Source of the DNA: Candidatus Latescibacterota bacterium
Lineage (GTDB): Bacteria; Latescibacterota; UBA2968; GCA-2709665
Assembly: GCA_965116875.1 (NCBI GenBank)
Contig: OZ220733.1
Location: 896,001-960,000, forward strand
DNA length: 64,000 nucleotides
Direction: 5' to 3'
Made by a program: the position numbers and the translations under genes. Every line of letters begins with the position of its first letter. Positions within the stretch are counted from its first letter, which is position 1. The notes below the pieces were generated by a model. The model was not told the origin of the DNA and ran no database searches. It saw only the letters and a program-made list of their open reading frames with translations. This document shows positions 9,636 to 18,267 of the stretch, piece after piece.

Positions 9636-10571
9636 TTACAGGAGTTGATACGGACCCGGCTGATCCGGCATCGACGTCGGTTTCCCGATCGCCTCCGCCA
9701 TCGCCCGGATGTGATACGGCAGCGCCCCGCAGCATGCGCCGATGAAGCCCACGCCCATATCCCAGGCATCTCGCGCGTAGTCGGCCATCTCGCGCCTGGG
9801 CTGGTGACGGAGCTCGAAATGAACGCTGGATCCGGAGGCGATCTCCCGGGTATACTCCGCGCCGTTTTCCAGGACGTACGCCAGAGGCTGGGCGCAGACG
9901 GGAACGGACACCGCTTCCATCATCTTCCGCAGGATATCCCGGCACATGTACCACGGCCGCCCGCAATTCACGCCCACCACGTCGGCGCCCTCGTCCACGA
10001 GCCGTTTCGCGACTTCATCCGGCAGTAACCGGTCGGCGGTGTACTCTCCCGATTTATACGTGAACGCCACCACGGCGGGCACACCTGCGGCTTTGATGCT
10101 GGGCAACCCCAGTAGCGCCTCCTCCACGGAATAAAAGGTCTCCACGATGAACAGGTCCACGCCTGCCGCGGCCTGCTGTCCCACCCGCCGCTCGAAGAAC
10201 GCCTGCGCCTCGCGCCTCTCCCGTGCGGAAATGGGCGACCGCCTCCGGTACGATCCGATTCCGGAGGGGCTGAGCGTACCCGCCACGAAGCGGTCCGGTC
10301 CGGCGGCTTCCCGTGCAAGCTCCACCGCGGTACGGTGCAGTTCTTCATCCCGCTCCATCCGGCCCACGCCCCAGGTCATGGCCTGCAGCACCTCGGCGCC
10401 CGCAAGCGCGAACTCCCTGTGCAACTGGAGCAGACCCTCCGGGTGGTCCAGCACGGCCCAGGGTACGCCTTTGGAGAAACTCCCCAGGCACCGGCGTTCC
10501 AACTCCAAAAAATAGCCGCCGTCCCCAAGTACCGGCCCGTCCTTCAGACGATCCAGAAAACCTGATGCCAT
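9636..10571 (-). CDS. Homocysteine S-methyltransferase family protein (copy 3, BHMT-like)
   Basis: PVLGDGGY, AGAEVLQAMT, GVNC and GACCG motifs. Confidence 0.85.
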   Translation of the reverse strand: MASGFLDRLKDGPVLGDGGYFLELERRCLGSFSKGVPWAVLDHPEGLLQLHREFALAGAEVLQAMTWGVGRMERDEELHRTAVELAREAAGPDRFVAGTLSPSGIGSYRRRSPISARERREAQAFFERRVGQQAAAGVDLFIVETFYSVEEALLGLPSIKAAGVPAVVAFTYKSGEYTADRLLPDEVAKRLVDEGADVVGVNCGRPWYMCRDILRKMMEAVSVPVCAQPLAYVLENGAEYTREIASGSSVHFELRHQPRREMADYARDAWDMGVGFIGACCGALPYHIRAMAEAIGKPTSMPDQPGPYQLL

Positions 10572-10855
10572 GGTAAACCCTCCTGCCAGATTCCAGCCTC
10601 AACTCGAAAAGAAAAAACTGACAATTTAGCCACAAAAGGCACAAAAACACAAAGGGTCATACCGGTCCAAAATCGTCATTGACAAACACATCTGTCCAAA
10701 ATCGTTGTTTCATGACGAATTCATTTCGGACCTGGAATCTTCTCCTTGCGAGTCGCCGCAGGACCCGGTAAATCCCTATAGTCCCCATACCGGACACAAG
10801 CGCCTTGCGACCGAAGGCGATCTGCCTTCTTTCACGGCATGATCCACTAATACCC

Positions 10856-11004
10856 GGAGCGAGGGCATCCTGCCCTCGAACTTCGTTTGACCCGTCGATA
10901 ACCGATTCAATGGCCTATTGTTTCCTTTGTATCCGAAATCATATTGAAAACGACAGCGTCAGAGCCTCGCGACCTGGCCGTCGAGGGCAGGATGCCCTCG
11001 CTCC
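10856..11004. repeat. REPIN-like element bounded by GGAGCGAGGGCATCCTGCCCTCG inverted repeats
   Basis: 23-bp inverted pair; homologous unit at 34660-34805. Confidence 0.85.
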
Positions 11005-11092
11005 GGGGAACGTCAGACAACCGGTCCCAGGTCGATTTCTGTCCTGGACAGCAGTGGATTTGCATATTGTACAGTGTCAGACGGCGAACTGG

Positions 11093-12295
11093 CTAAACCG
11101 GGAAATTGCCGGCTTTTCTCTTCTCGGAAGGCCGGAAATCCGGGACCTCCAGACAGGCGCTGCCCTGTTCCACGGACTGAACGGCCACGATGGCCGGCGC
11201 CGTGAGTTCGGCCGACCTGTACACGTTCAGCGGCGGGTCCGAATCGTTCAGGATGGCGTCCAGAAACGACGACAGCGCGAAGTAGTCCATATTCCCGTGC
11301 CCGCTGCCCCGCGCCTCCTCGGGCAGGTCTTCCTCGGAATATCGCCACGCCGCCTCCCGCGCGGATTCCTCTCCGGAACTCGCCAGCCAGATCTTCGGCG
11401 TGTCCACTCCCCGTGGGCCGCCGTATATCTCCGCGGAACGGGCGGTCTCCACCTTTCCCGTGGTCCCTTCCAGGTGCCACCAGTGATGGTCCCGGGGCGT
11501 CGCATACGTGAATCCGACCGCCATCCGGATGATCGTATCGTTTTCCGTGTGCATCATCGCCACCTCGATGTCCGATGCGGGGATCCCTTCGTAATAATAG
11601 CTCCGCGGGCGCGTTGCCATGCACGTCACCCGCGTCACCCGGTCCTGCAGCACCGTCAGGATGGGGCCCAGGTCGGTGGCCATGTAGAGAATCGGGTGAG
11701 GAAACCAGTTCCACATCCTGCTCTTCGCGGCCCTCGGATGACTCGACGCATCGTCCAGAAGGATGCGTTCGCCCGTTTCGGAATCGATCCAGAACCGGTC
11801 CTGCGTCATCCCGTGGAGATACTGTCCCTCGGCGAAGATGACGTGGCCGAGTTCGCCCTGCCGGACCAGTTTGCGCCATGCCTTCACAAACGGGTGGTAC
11901 ATCACCTGTTCGGCCATCTGAAATTTCAGCCCGCTGCGCTCCACCGCCACCACCATCCGCCACAAATCATCCATATCGTACGTCAGCGACACTTCGCAGC
12001 ACGCGTGTTTCCCTGCCTCCATCGCCCGGCAGATCAGGTCCGGCTGATCGTGCGGCGCCGTCACGATCGCCACGGCGTCGACGTCCGCCTTCGCCAGCAT
12101 CTCTCCATAGTCCGTAAAGCACGCGATCTCCGGATCGCCGGCCTCCCGGTACGCCTGCCCCACAAGCGCCTCGACCCTGTCGCACAGCGCCGTCACGCGG
12201 CACGTCCTGATGCGCAGCAGGTTCTTCATCCACGACCGCCTGCCCCGCGGCCCCAGCCCCACGATTCCGATCTTTACCTGTTTCTGTTTGGGCAT
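11093..12295 (-). CDS. Gfo/Idh/MocA family oxidoreductase
   Basis: IGIVGLGPRG Rossmann motif, AGKHACCEV, C-terminal GHGNMD. Confidence 0.9.
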   Translation of the reverse strand: MPKQKQVKIGIVGLGPRGRRSWMKNLLRIRTCRVTALCDRVEALVGQAYREAGDPEIACFTDYGEMLAKADVDAVAIVTAPHDQPDLICRAMEAGKHACCEVSLTYDMDDLWRMVVAVERSGLKFQMAEQVMYHPFVKAWRKLVRQGELGHVIFAEGQYLHGMTQDRFWIDSETGERILLDDASSHPRAAKSRMWNWFPHPILYMATDLGPILTVLQDRVTRVTCMATRPRSYYYEGIPASDIEVAMMHTENDTIIRMAVGFTYATPRDHHWWHLEGTTGKVETARSAEIYGGPRGVDTPKIWLASSGEESAREAAWRYSEEDLPEEARGSGHGNMDYFALSSFLDAILNDSDPPLNVYRSAELTAPAIVAVQSVEQGSACLEVPDFRPSEKRKAGNFPV

Positions 12296-12351
12296 CAGAG
12301 GCCTCCTTCAATGGTTTACAATATCGAAGGTGTGACGTGTGGCAATTCTAT

Positions 12352-13035
12352 TGCGCGGGCGACCGGCCGGTCGCCTAAATGCGGTGAGACGGGAGAAGAA
12401 GCCCTTGCCGATTTGTTCCTCCGACTTGCCTGCGGCATGAAAAGAAACCTCACGGGGCAGCCAATATCTCCCCTCTCACGTCTCCCCTCTCACCCGGTGG
12501 TCGGGCGGCCGGGTGAAGTGTGGTCCTCTCCCCTCTCCCGGCTTACGTCTCCCCGCTTTTGAGGGTTGGTGGGAGCTGACAGCTGATCGCTCTCTCCGAG
12601 ACCCCGGAGCGAGGGCATCCTGCCCTCGATAGCCTTTATCCGGTCCTGCTTCACAGCGCTGACTTCAACCGATTGTGATTTTGATTCAGGCTGAGAGCTG
12701 AGTCTGCTGGTTTTGTCGTTGCTTTTGCGCGGGCGACCGGCCGGTCGCCCAAATGCGGGTAGACGGGAGAGGGTAGACGGTAGAAGAAATCCTTGCCCGA
12801 CGCTTAATTCCTCGTTGCCTCCGGCACGAGAAGAAGCCTGACAATGCAGGTAATCTCTCCCGTCTCCCGGCTTACGTCTCCCCGCTTTTGAGGGTTGGTG
12901 GGAGGTGCCCCCCGGAGCGAGGGCATCCTGCCCTCGATGCGCCCCTTCTGGTCCTTCCGCTTCAGGGTGCTGACATCGGCTGATTGTTTCTTTGGTTCAA
13001 GCTGATGGCTGAGAGCTGATAGCTGACAGCTTCTT
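12352..13035. repeat. Diverged tandem pair of mosaic repeat units (palindrome + family B + REP + GCTGAnn heptamers)
   Basis: GCGCGGGCGACCGGCCGGTCGCC at ~12353 and ~12727; REP at 12606 and 12914. Confidence 0.8.
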
Positions 13036-13263
13036 TCGCTGTTTCTCGACATGACAGGACACGCCCGGTTCCGGCATTCGAGGCTGACGGTTAGCAGCAC
13101 CAGCTAAATCCGAAACAGAAACGGCAGCCGAGTATCAGGCTGCCAGAACTTTAACGAAATATGGGGTCTCCGGCGCTGGAGGAGTTCGATAAGTTTTCCT
13201 GCGTGGATGCTCACTCTGTCACCGCATTCGTCTACCTGACCCGCACACGAGCGCCCATGCCCT

Positions 13264-13665
13264 TCAGTTACAGTCTACTTCGACGGCCAGTGCCTGACGG
13301 ACAAACTGAAGGATATCACCGGCAAATCGCAGTCCCTGCTCGCTCTGAAGCGCGCCGTAGTGTACATAAGGCGGCCCTTCCGGATAGCACATGGGACTGC
13401 GTGTTTGCAGATAGTAGTTGTCGAGCACCCGACCTCTATCGACGAGATCTTCCGGCGGCGTCTCCGGGAGTTCGGTCAGGAGGCGGGCTATAACGTTGCT
13501 TGTCTGCCTCTTTCCGCCGGCAACATGGAGCGCCTTGACGGCCTTCTCGGCCGCCTGGTGCGAGGCGAAGCACGCCCAGTCGTGACGGCCGTCTCTCTTT
13601 GCGGCTGCAGCGTGCTCCAGATCGTGCTCCGCCTGGTCGAGCCAGTCTCTCCAACGTTGCGCCAT
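13264..13665 (-). CDS. HEPN domain protein
   Basis: WLDQAEHDL, WACFASHQAAEKAVKAL, LDNYYLQTRSP. Confidence 0.85.
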   Translation of the reverse strand: MAQRWRDWLDQAEHDLEHAAAAKRDGRHDWACFASHQAAEKAVKALHVAGGKRQTSNVIARLLTELPETPPEDLVDRGRVLDNYYLQTRSPMCYPEGPPYVHYGALQSEQGLRFAGDILQFVRQALAVEVDCN

Positions 13666-13985
13666 ACTGTTGCTCGAATCCTGTCTGATTCCGAACGTCG
13701 ATACGACCAATTCGGGCTGTCTTTTTGCCACGAAAGGCGGCAATTTCACTAACCCATGATGTGGAAAGTTAAAATATCCCTAATTCCATACTTAAGCAAG
13801 GGGAAATGGCGTCGTGGCCGTTTGCGGCGGCAGGAATGCGCATCGGCCCTACCGGCTCTCGGGCCCTGAACGGTGCTCTTCGGCAGATAAAGCGTTGACG
13901 GAGGTTAGACAGATATTTAACTTTAACATCGATTCCACGTTTTTCCTGTGTGTTCGATTTGATATTATCAGGAAGGACCAAATAA

Positions 13986-14276
13986 ATGAACAGAGATGAC
14001 GCCGTAAAACTGCTTCGAGCGCACAAGGCGACCCTTGCACAGCGCTTTGGCGTTGTAGACCTCGCCCTGTTCGGGTCAATCGTCCGCAATCGAGCCATAG
14101 GCGACAGCGACGTTGACATCCTGGTGAGGTTCGACTCGCCGGCAACGTCAAAACGGTATTTTGGCGTGCAGTTTTACATCGAAGACCTGCTGGAGCGTCC
14201 GGTTGATCTGGTAACGGACAAAGCGTTGCGGACGGAAATGCGTCCATATATAGAGCGGGAGAAAATCAGTGTCTGA
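13986..14276 (+). CDS. Minimal nucleotidyltransferase (MNT) antitoxin
   Basis: LFGSIVR..SDVDILV, VDLVT motifs, 96 aa. Confidence 0.9.
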   Translation: MNRDDAVKLLRAHKATLAQRFGVVDLALFGSIVRNRAIGDSDVDILVRFDSPATSKRYFGVQFYIEDLLERPVDLVTDKALRTEMRPYIEREKISV

Positions 14277-14289
14277 AGGACACCACCAA

Positions 14290-14897
14290 GTAGAAAGGAA
14301 GAAAGAAGAAGGAAAAAGGAAGAAGGGATAATTTCGCGATTGATGAGCTGAATGGAGTGTTGACGGAATGAAGGATGAAGGAGGAACGAAGAAGGAAGAC
14401 GTGGTTGATCTTCGGAGTCGGACGAAGGAGTTTGCGCTACGGATCATTCGCCTTTATTCGGGTCTTTCAAAGCAGACCGAGGCACAAATAATAGGCAGGC
14501 AGATGATCCGTTCCGGAACGTCGGTTGGGGCAAATTACCGGGAGGCATATCGCGCAAGGAGCAAAGCGGAGTTCGTCGCAAAAGTCGGTGAATGTCTGAA
14601 GGAGATTGAAGAAACCGGATATTGGCTTGAACTGCTCGGCGACTCAGGACTCGTTCCCGAGGAGCAACTTGAAGGCCTGACAAATGAATGCCGTGAATTA
14701 ACCGCAATTTTCGTCGCTTCAATTCGTACGGCGAAGAGCAGCGATGAACGCGGAGCATGAAAAACAAGGAAGAAGGAAGAGGGAAGATTTGCGAGTCTTT
14801 GAATAGTCAGGCGATCGCAGACCTCGCGAATGCTGGCGACGGACCACCCGATTATCCTGCCTTTATTTCTTCCTTTTTCCTTCTTCCTTTTTCCTTT
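14290..14897. repeat. GGAAGAA/GGAAAAA heptamer arrays flanking the four-helix gene
   Basis: Arrays at ~14293-14328 and ~14760-14786, inverted array at ~14865-14897. Confidence 0.8.
14368..14760 (+). CDS. Four helix bundle protein (23S rRNA IVS protein-like)
   Basis: RTKEFALRII, QMIRSGTSVGANYREA, SKAEF, EIEETGYWLELL. Confidence 0.9.
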   Translation: MKDEGGTKKEDVVDLRSRTKEFALRIIRLYSGLSKQTEAQIIGRQMIRSGTSVGANYREAYRARSKAEFVAKVGECLKEIEETGYWLELLGDSGLVPEEQLEGLTNECRELTAIFVASIRTAKSSDERGA

Positions 14898-15027
14898 ACT
14901 CGGGCCTTCCAAAGCGGAGTTCATCGCAAAGTCCGGCGAATGTCTGTTAATGATCGCCCATATGCGGCCAAAGCGCGATCGGCCTAATGCGGCCACTTCA
15001 GGATCGCCTTAATCAGGCCACCTGGGA

Positions 15028-15657
15028 TACGATTGAGGTTTCGGACTTTCCGACAACGTATCTACCTTCTGAGTGTCTCCCCGACAGTCAGGAGGGAAGA
15101 TCATGGCAAACCGGAGGTTCGAGATGTATCAGTATCGCCAGGTATTGACGCGTATGCGTTTGGGCGAGTCGGATCGTGCGATCGCCCGTTCAGGGTTGAT
15201 GGGTCGCGAGAAGGCCGGCGCGCTTCGTGAGGTCGCAGGCCGCGAGGGGTGGCTGGAGGCTTCCGGCGCGTTGACTGATGATGCGACCCTTGCGCAGTTT
15301 CTGGATGTTCCTTCCTCACGACCTCAGTCGGCCTCTTCGGTCCTCCCTTACCAGGACAAGGTCACGGCCTGGTGGCGTCAGGGTATCCGGGGTACGGTCA
15401 TCCACCAGGCATTGGTGGACACCTACGGCTATGCCGGCTCGCATTCTTCCGTTCGGCGTTTTCTCGAGGGGCTCAAAGACGCGCATCCCGACGTCACCAC
15501 CGTGTTGGACTTCGATCCGGGCGACGTGGCGCACGTGAACTTTGGGCGGGGTCCCACGATAAAGGGCTTCTTCACGGAACAGGCCACCGAGACGTGGATC
15601 TTCAGCGATGGTGCTGGCCTGGTCTGGGCTCAATTATGCCGATCATGGTTGGCCTGA
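15028..15657 (+). pseudogene. istA: IS21 family transposase (istA) remnant with probable left end
   Basis: MANRRFEMYQYRQVL..SDRAIAR HTH from 15103; +1 frameshift near 15604 (WIF/AMVLAWS), then truncated; no istB. Confidence 0.75.
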
Positions 15658-15989
15658 ATACGGCGATCCGTGACAGGCTACTCTTTTGGCGGAAAGTGCT
15701 TCATCACCAAAGGCGCGATCGGTCAGCACGGGAGAATTCGCGTCCTGTGCCGCGAACACGGCGTGGCTGATCGGCTGATCAAAGTATCTGATTCGTGTGT
15801 AACGAAAACGTTCCACAGGTCAACCTCAGAATTGAGAACCTGCACTGGGCTAAAGCAAGAGTCAGGCAAGGGTGAGGCATGAGTCGGGCAAGAGTCAAGG
15901 CACCAAGTCGGCACGAAGTCAGCACCAGGTCACTGGACGTGAGCCGAAGAAATGTCCTTCCGGACGACCTCAATACCCCATTTTTCACC

Positions 15990-16595
15990 GGTACTTTCTG
16001 TGCCTTTTGTGCTTTTTGTGGTAAATTTGACTGTAGTTTTTTTCGAATTGAGGCTGATGGGTGAGGCGAAGTTCGAGGGCAGGATGCCCTCGCTCCGGAT
16101 GTTGGTGCATCACGTCGTGATTGATGGCAGATTGCCTTCGGTCGCAGGGCATTCGTGGCCGGTGTCGTGATATCCGGGTATTACCTGCTTCTGTGACTCC
16201 CTCTCAAGGGGGGAGTGATTGGACCGTCAGATTTGCTCTCGCCTTCGCTGAAACTGTCATCCTAAGGAGGCGGAAAGGCTGGTCAGGCGTCCGCGCACAG
16301 GTCCTTCCACAAAGACCATATGCTAATCGTACAATCGCGAATACGGGAGATTCTTCGCTGCGCTCTGAATGACACGACTTACAAAAACCATTGGCGAAAT
16401 GTACCTGTCAGATCTTCGCTCCGCTCTGAATGACATGATGGCCGATAGCCGAGTACGATGCTTCCCGCTGTCATCCAGAGGACTTGCCCTGCTTGTGCTG
16501 CTTGCACTGAGCCTGTCGAAGTGGCCTGTCGAAGCAAGCCTGCCGAAGGATTGTCGAAGGGTCGAAGGCGCTGCCCTGAGCCTGTCGAAGGGTGC
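15990..16595. repeat. Stack of several short repeat families
   Basis: TTTTGTGC tract, REP 16074-16096, CTCCCTCTCAAGGGGGGAG hairpin, TCTTCGCTnCGCTCTGAATGACA x2, CTGAGCCTGTCGAAG x2. Confidence 0.75.
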
Positions 16596-16914
16596 CTCCT
16601 GGCCGACGAAGGATTTACTGCAGCATCGGATCATCCCCGTGCGATTTGCACATTTCGATAACTGGGAGGCAGCGCGTCATCGGCAGCCGATTGACCGTTC
16701 TTGCCGATGAGATCCAGGAAGACCTCCGCGATATCCAGCCCGGAGTTTGGCCTGGTAGGGAAAAATGTTTCGGGGCGAAGATCGATAAGTGGAATCGTAA
16801 GCGACGCCCGGTCCGAAGCCGACCACTTCTGCCACACTCACAGGTTCCGTTGCTCCATGTGTGACCCCGAGACACGGTCATTTCGGGGTCTCCTGCAATT
16901 TCAAAGGACAGCCC

Positions 16915-18057
16915 ATGGATATCGCGTGGATTCGCGGCCAGATGCCGGGCCTGAAACATGGCGTTTACCTGAACACCGCCGGAATCGGTATGTCGCCGGT
17001 CAGTGTGAACAAGGCGGTCGCCGAGGGGTATCAGCAGTTGCGCAGCGGCAGTGTCAGCACGAGCGACTGGTACGCCGCAATGGCAGAGGCCGAGGACGAA
17101 TTGCCGGCCAGAATCGCCGGCTTCATCGGAGCCGATGCAGGGGAAATCGCGTTGACGATGAGCACCGGCGAAGGGTACGGTATGGTGCTCGGCGGGCTGC
17201 GGTGGCAACCGGGAGACGAGGTTCTCATCACCAATGAGGAACATCCGGTACCCCTTCAGGCCGCCCAGGGTCTGGCGGACCGTGAAGGGGCGATCGTCAA
17301 AGCCGTCGAAATCGACCCGGACAAAGACCTTTTTCTGCGCCGGGTGGAGCAGGCGATCACCCCGCGTACCCGGCTGATCTGTTTCAGCCATGTCACGACG
17401 GATTGGGGGACCCGGTTGCCCGCCCGCGAGATCTGCGAACTGGCGCGGGCCCGCGACATTCTCACGCTCTGGGATGGCTGCCAGGCCCTCGGGCAGTTTC
17501 CGGTGGACCTGCATGAAACAGGCTGCGACTTCTACGCCACCAATGGCTACAAGTGGTTGCTCTCGCCGAAGGGTACCGGCTTTCTCTACGTGCGGAGAGG
17601 CGCGCAGCAATTTTTGAAGCCGCTGCGGCAACCGCACGCTCCCGGTGGTACGGCCCGGCAGTACGAGATGGGAACGCCGGCAAGTGTGCTCTACCTGGGT
17701 CTCGGCGCGGGTCTCGATTTTCTGGCCGGCATCGGCGGGCCGCAGCCCATCGCCGAGGAGGCGGGACGAAAGGCGGAATCGCTGCGCGAACGCCTGGATG
17801 CCATTCCCGGCGTGCGGATCAACGGCTCACGCCGCGCCGAAACCCGGACCGGCATCGTCGCTTTCTCCGTCGAGGGCATGGACGGAAACGAAGTCTCTGA
17901 CGCACTCCGGAACCGCTGGCAAATCGCCCAACGGGCGACCCACATCAACGAACCTTCCGGTGTGCGGATTTCGGTGGCGTTCTACACCAGCGACCCGGAG
18001 CTGAATACGCTGGTTGAAGCGGTCACGGCCATGGCGCGCGAAAAAGGACATCGGTAA
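16915..18057 (+). CDS. Class V PLP-dependent aminotransferase (cysteine desulfurase / isopenicillin N epimerase-like)
   Basis: YLNTAG, EEHP, DGCQALG, DFYATNGYKWLLSPKGTG (PLP Lys). Confidence 0.85.
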   Translation: MDIAWIRGQMPGLKHGVYLNTAGIGMSPVSVNKAVAEGYQQLRSGSVSTSDWYAAMAEAEDELPARIAGFIGADAGEIALTMSTGEGYGMVLGGLRWQPGDEVLITNEEHPVPLQAAQGLADREGAIVKAVEIDPDKDLFLRRVEQAITPRTRLICFSHVTTDWGTRLPAREICELARARDILTLWDGCQALGQFPVDLHETGCDFYATNGYKWLLSPKGTGFLYVRRGAQQFLKPLRQPHAPGGTARQYEMGTPASVLYLGLGAGLDFLAGIGGPQPIAEEAGRKAESLRERLDAIPGVRINGSRRAETRTGIVAFSVEGMDGNEVSDALRNRWQIAQRATHINEPSGVRISVAFYTSDPELNTLVEAVTAMAREKGHR

Positions 18058-18203
18058 CCGGTGAAACGCGGATTGCTTTCGCCCTTGCGACGAACGAGGT
18101 GATGCCGGCACGCCGCGTCGTGGCCAGCCGGAGGCGACATAGACAGACGCTTCTCTTGACGTTCGCGTCCCGATCCTGTATATTTCCACCTCGCAGTTAT
18201 TCG

Positions 18204-18267
18204 ACAAATGGACGCTCTATTAACCATCAATTGGACGCTATCAAATCCGACAAATGGACGCCAGTCG
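18204..18267 (+). repeat. Triple 23-bp-period repeat CAA(A/T)TGGACGC, upstream copy
   Basis: TGGACGC at 18209, 18232, 18255. Confidence 0.9.

Noticed and set aside
13740-13912. Integron attC sites around the TA genes (GTTAGAC at ~13904)
   Set aside because: No matching RYYYAAC with a paired hairpin and no integrase seen.
14368-14946. Diversity-generating retroelement (bAvd-like gene plus repeat pair)
   Set aside because: No reverse transcriptase in the window; the repeat is only 37 bp and mismatches are not adenine-specific.
15700-15960. Possible remnant of an ATP-binding transcriptional regulator C-terminus (RIRVLCREHGV)
   Set aside because: Too short and decayed to assign without a search.
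16468-16530. SAM-I riboswitch-like ATCCAGAG start
   Set aside because: Remaining consensus (GAGGGA, GCAACC, GTGC) is not in place; the sequence belongs to the TGTCATCC/CCTGTCGAAG repeat stack.
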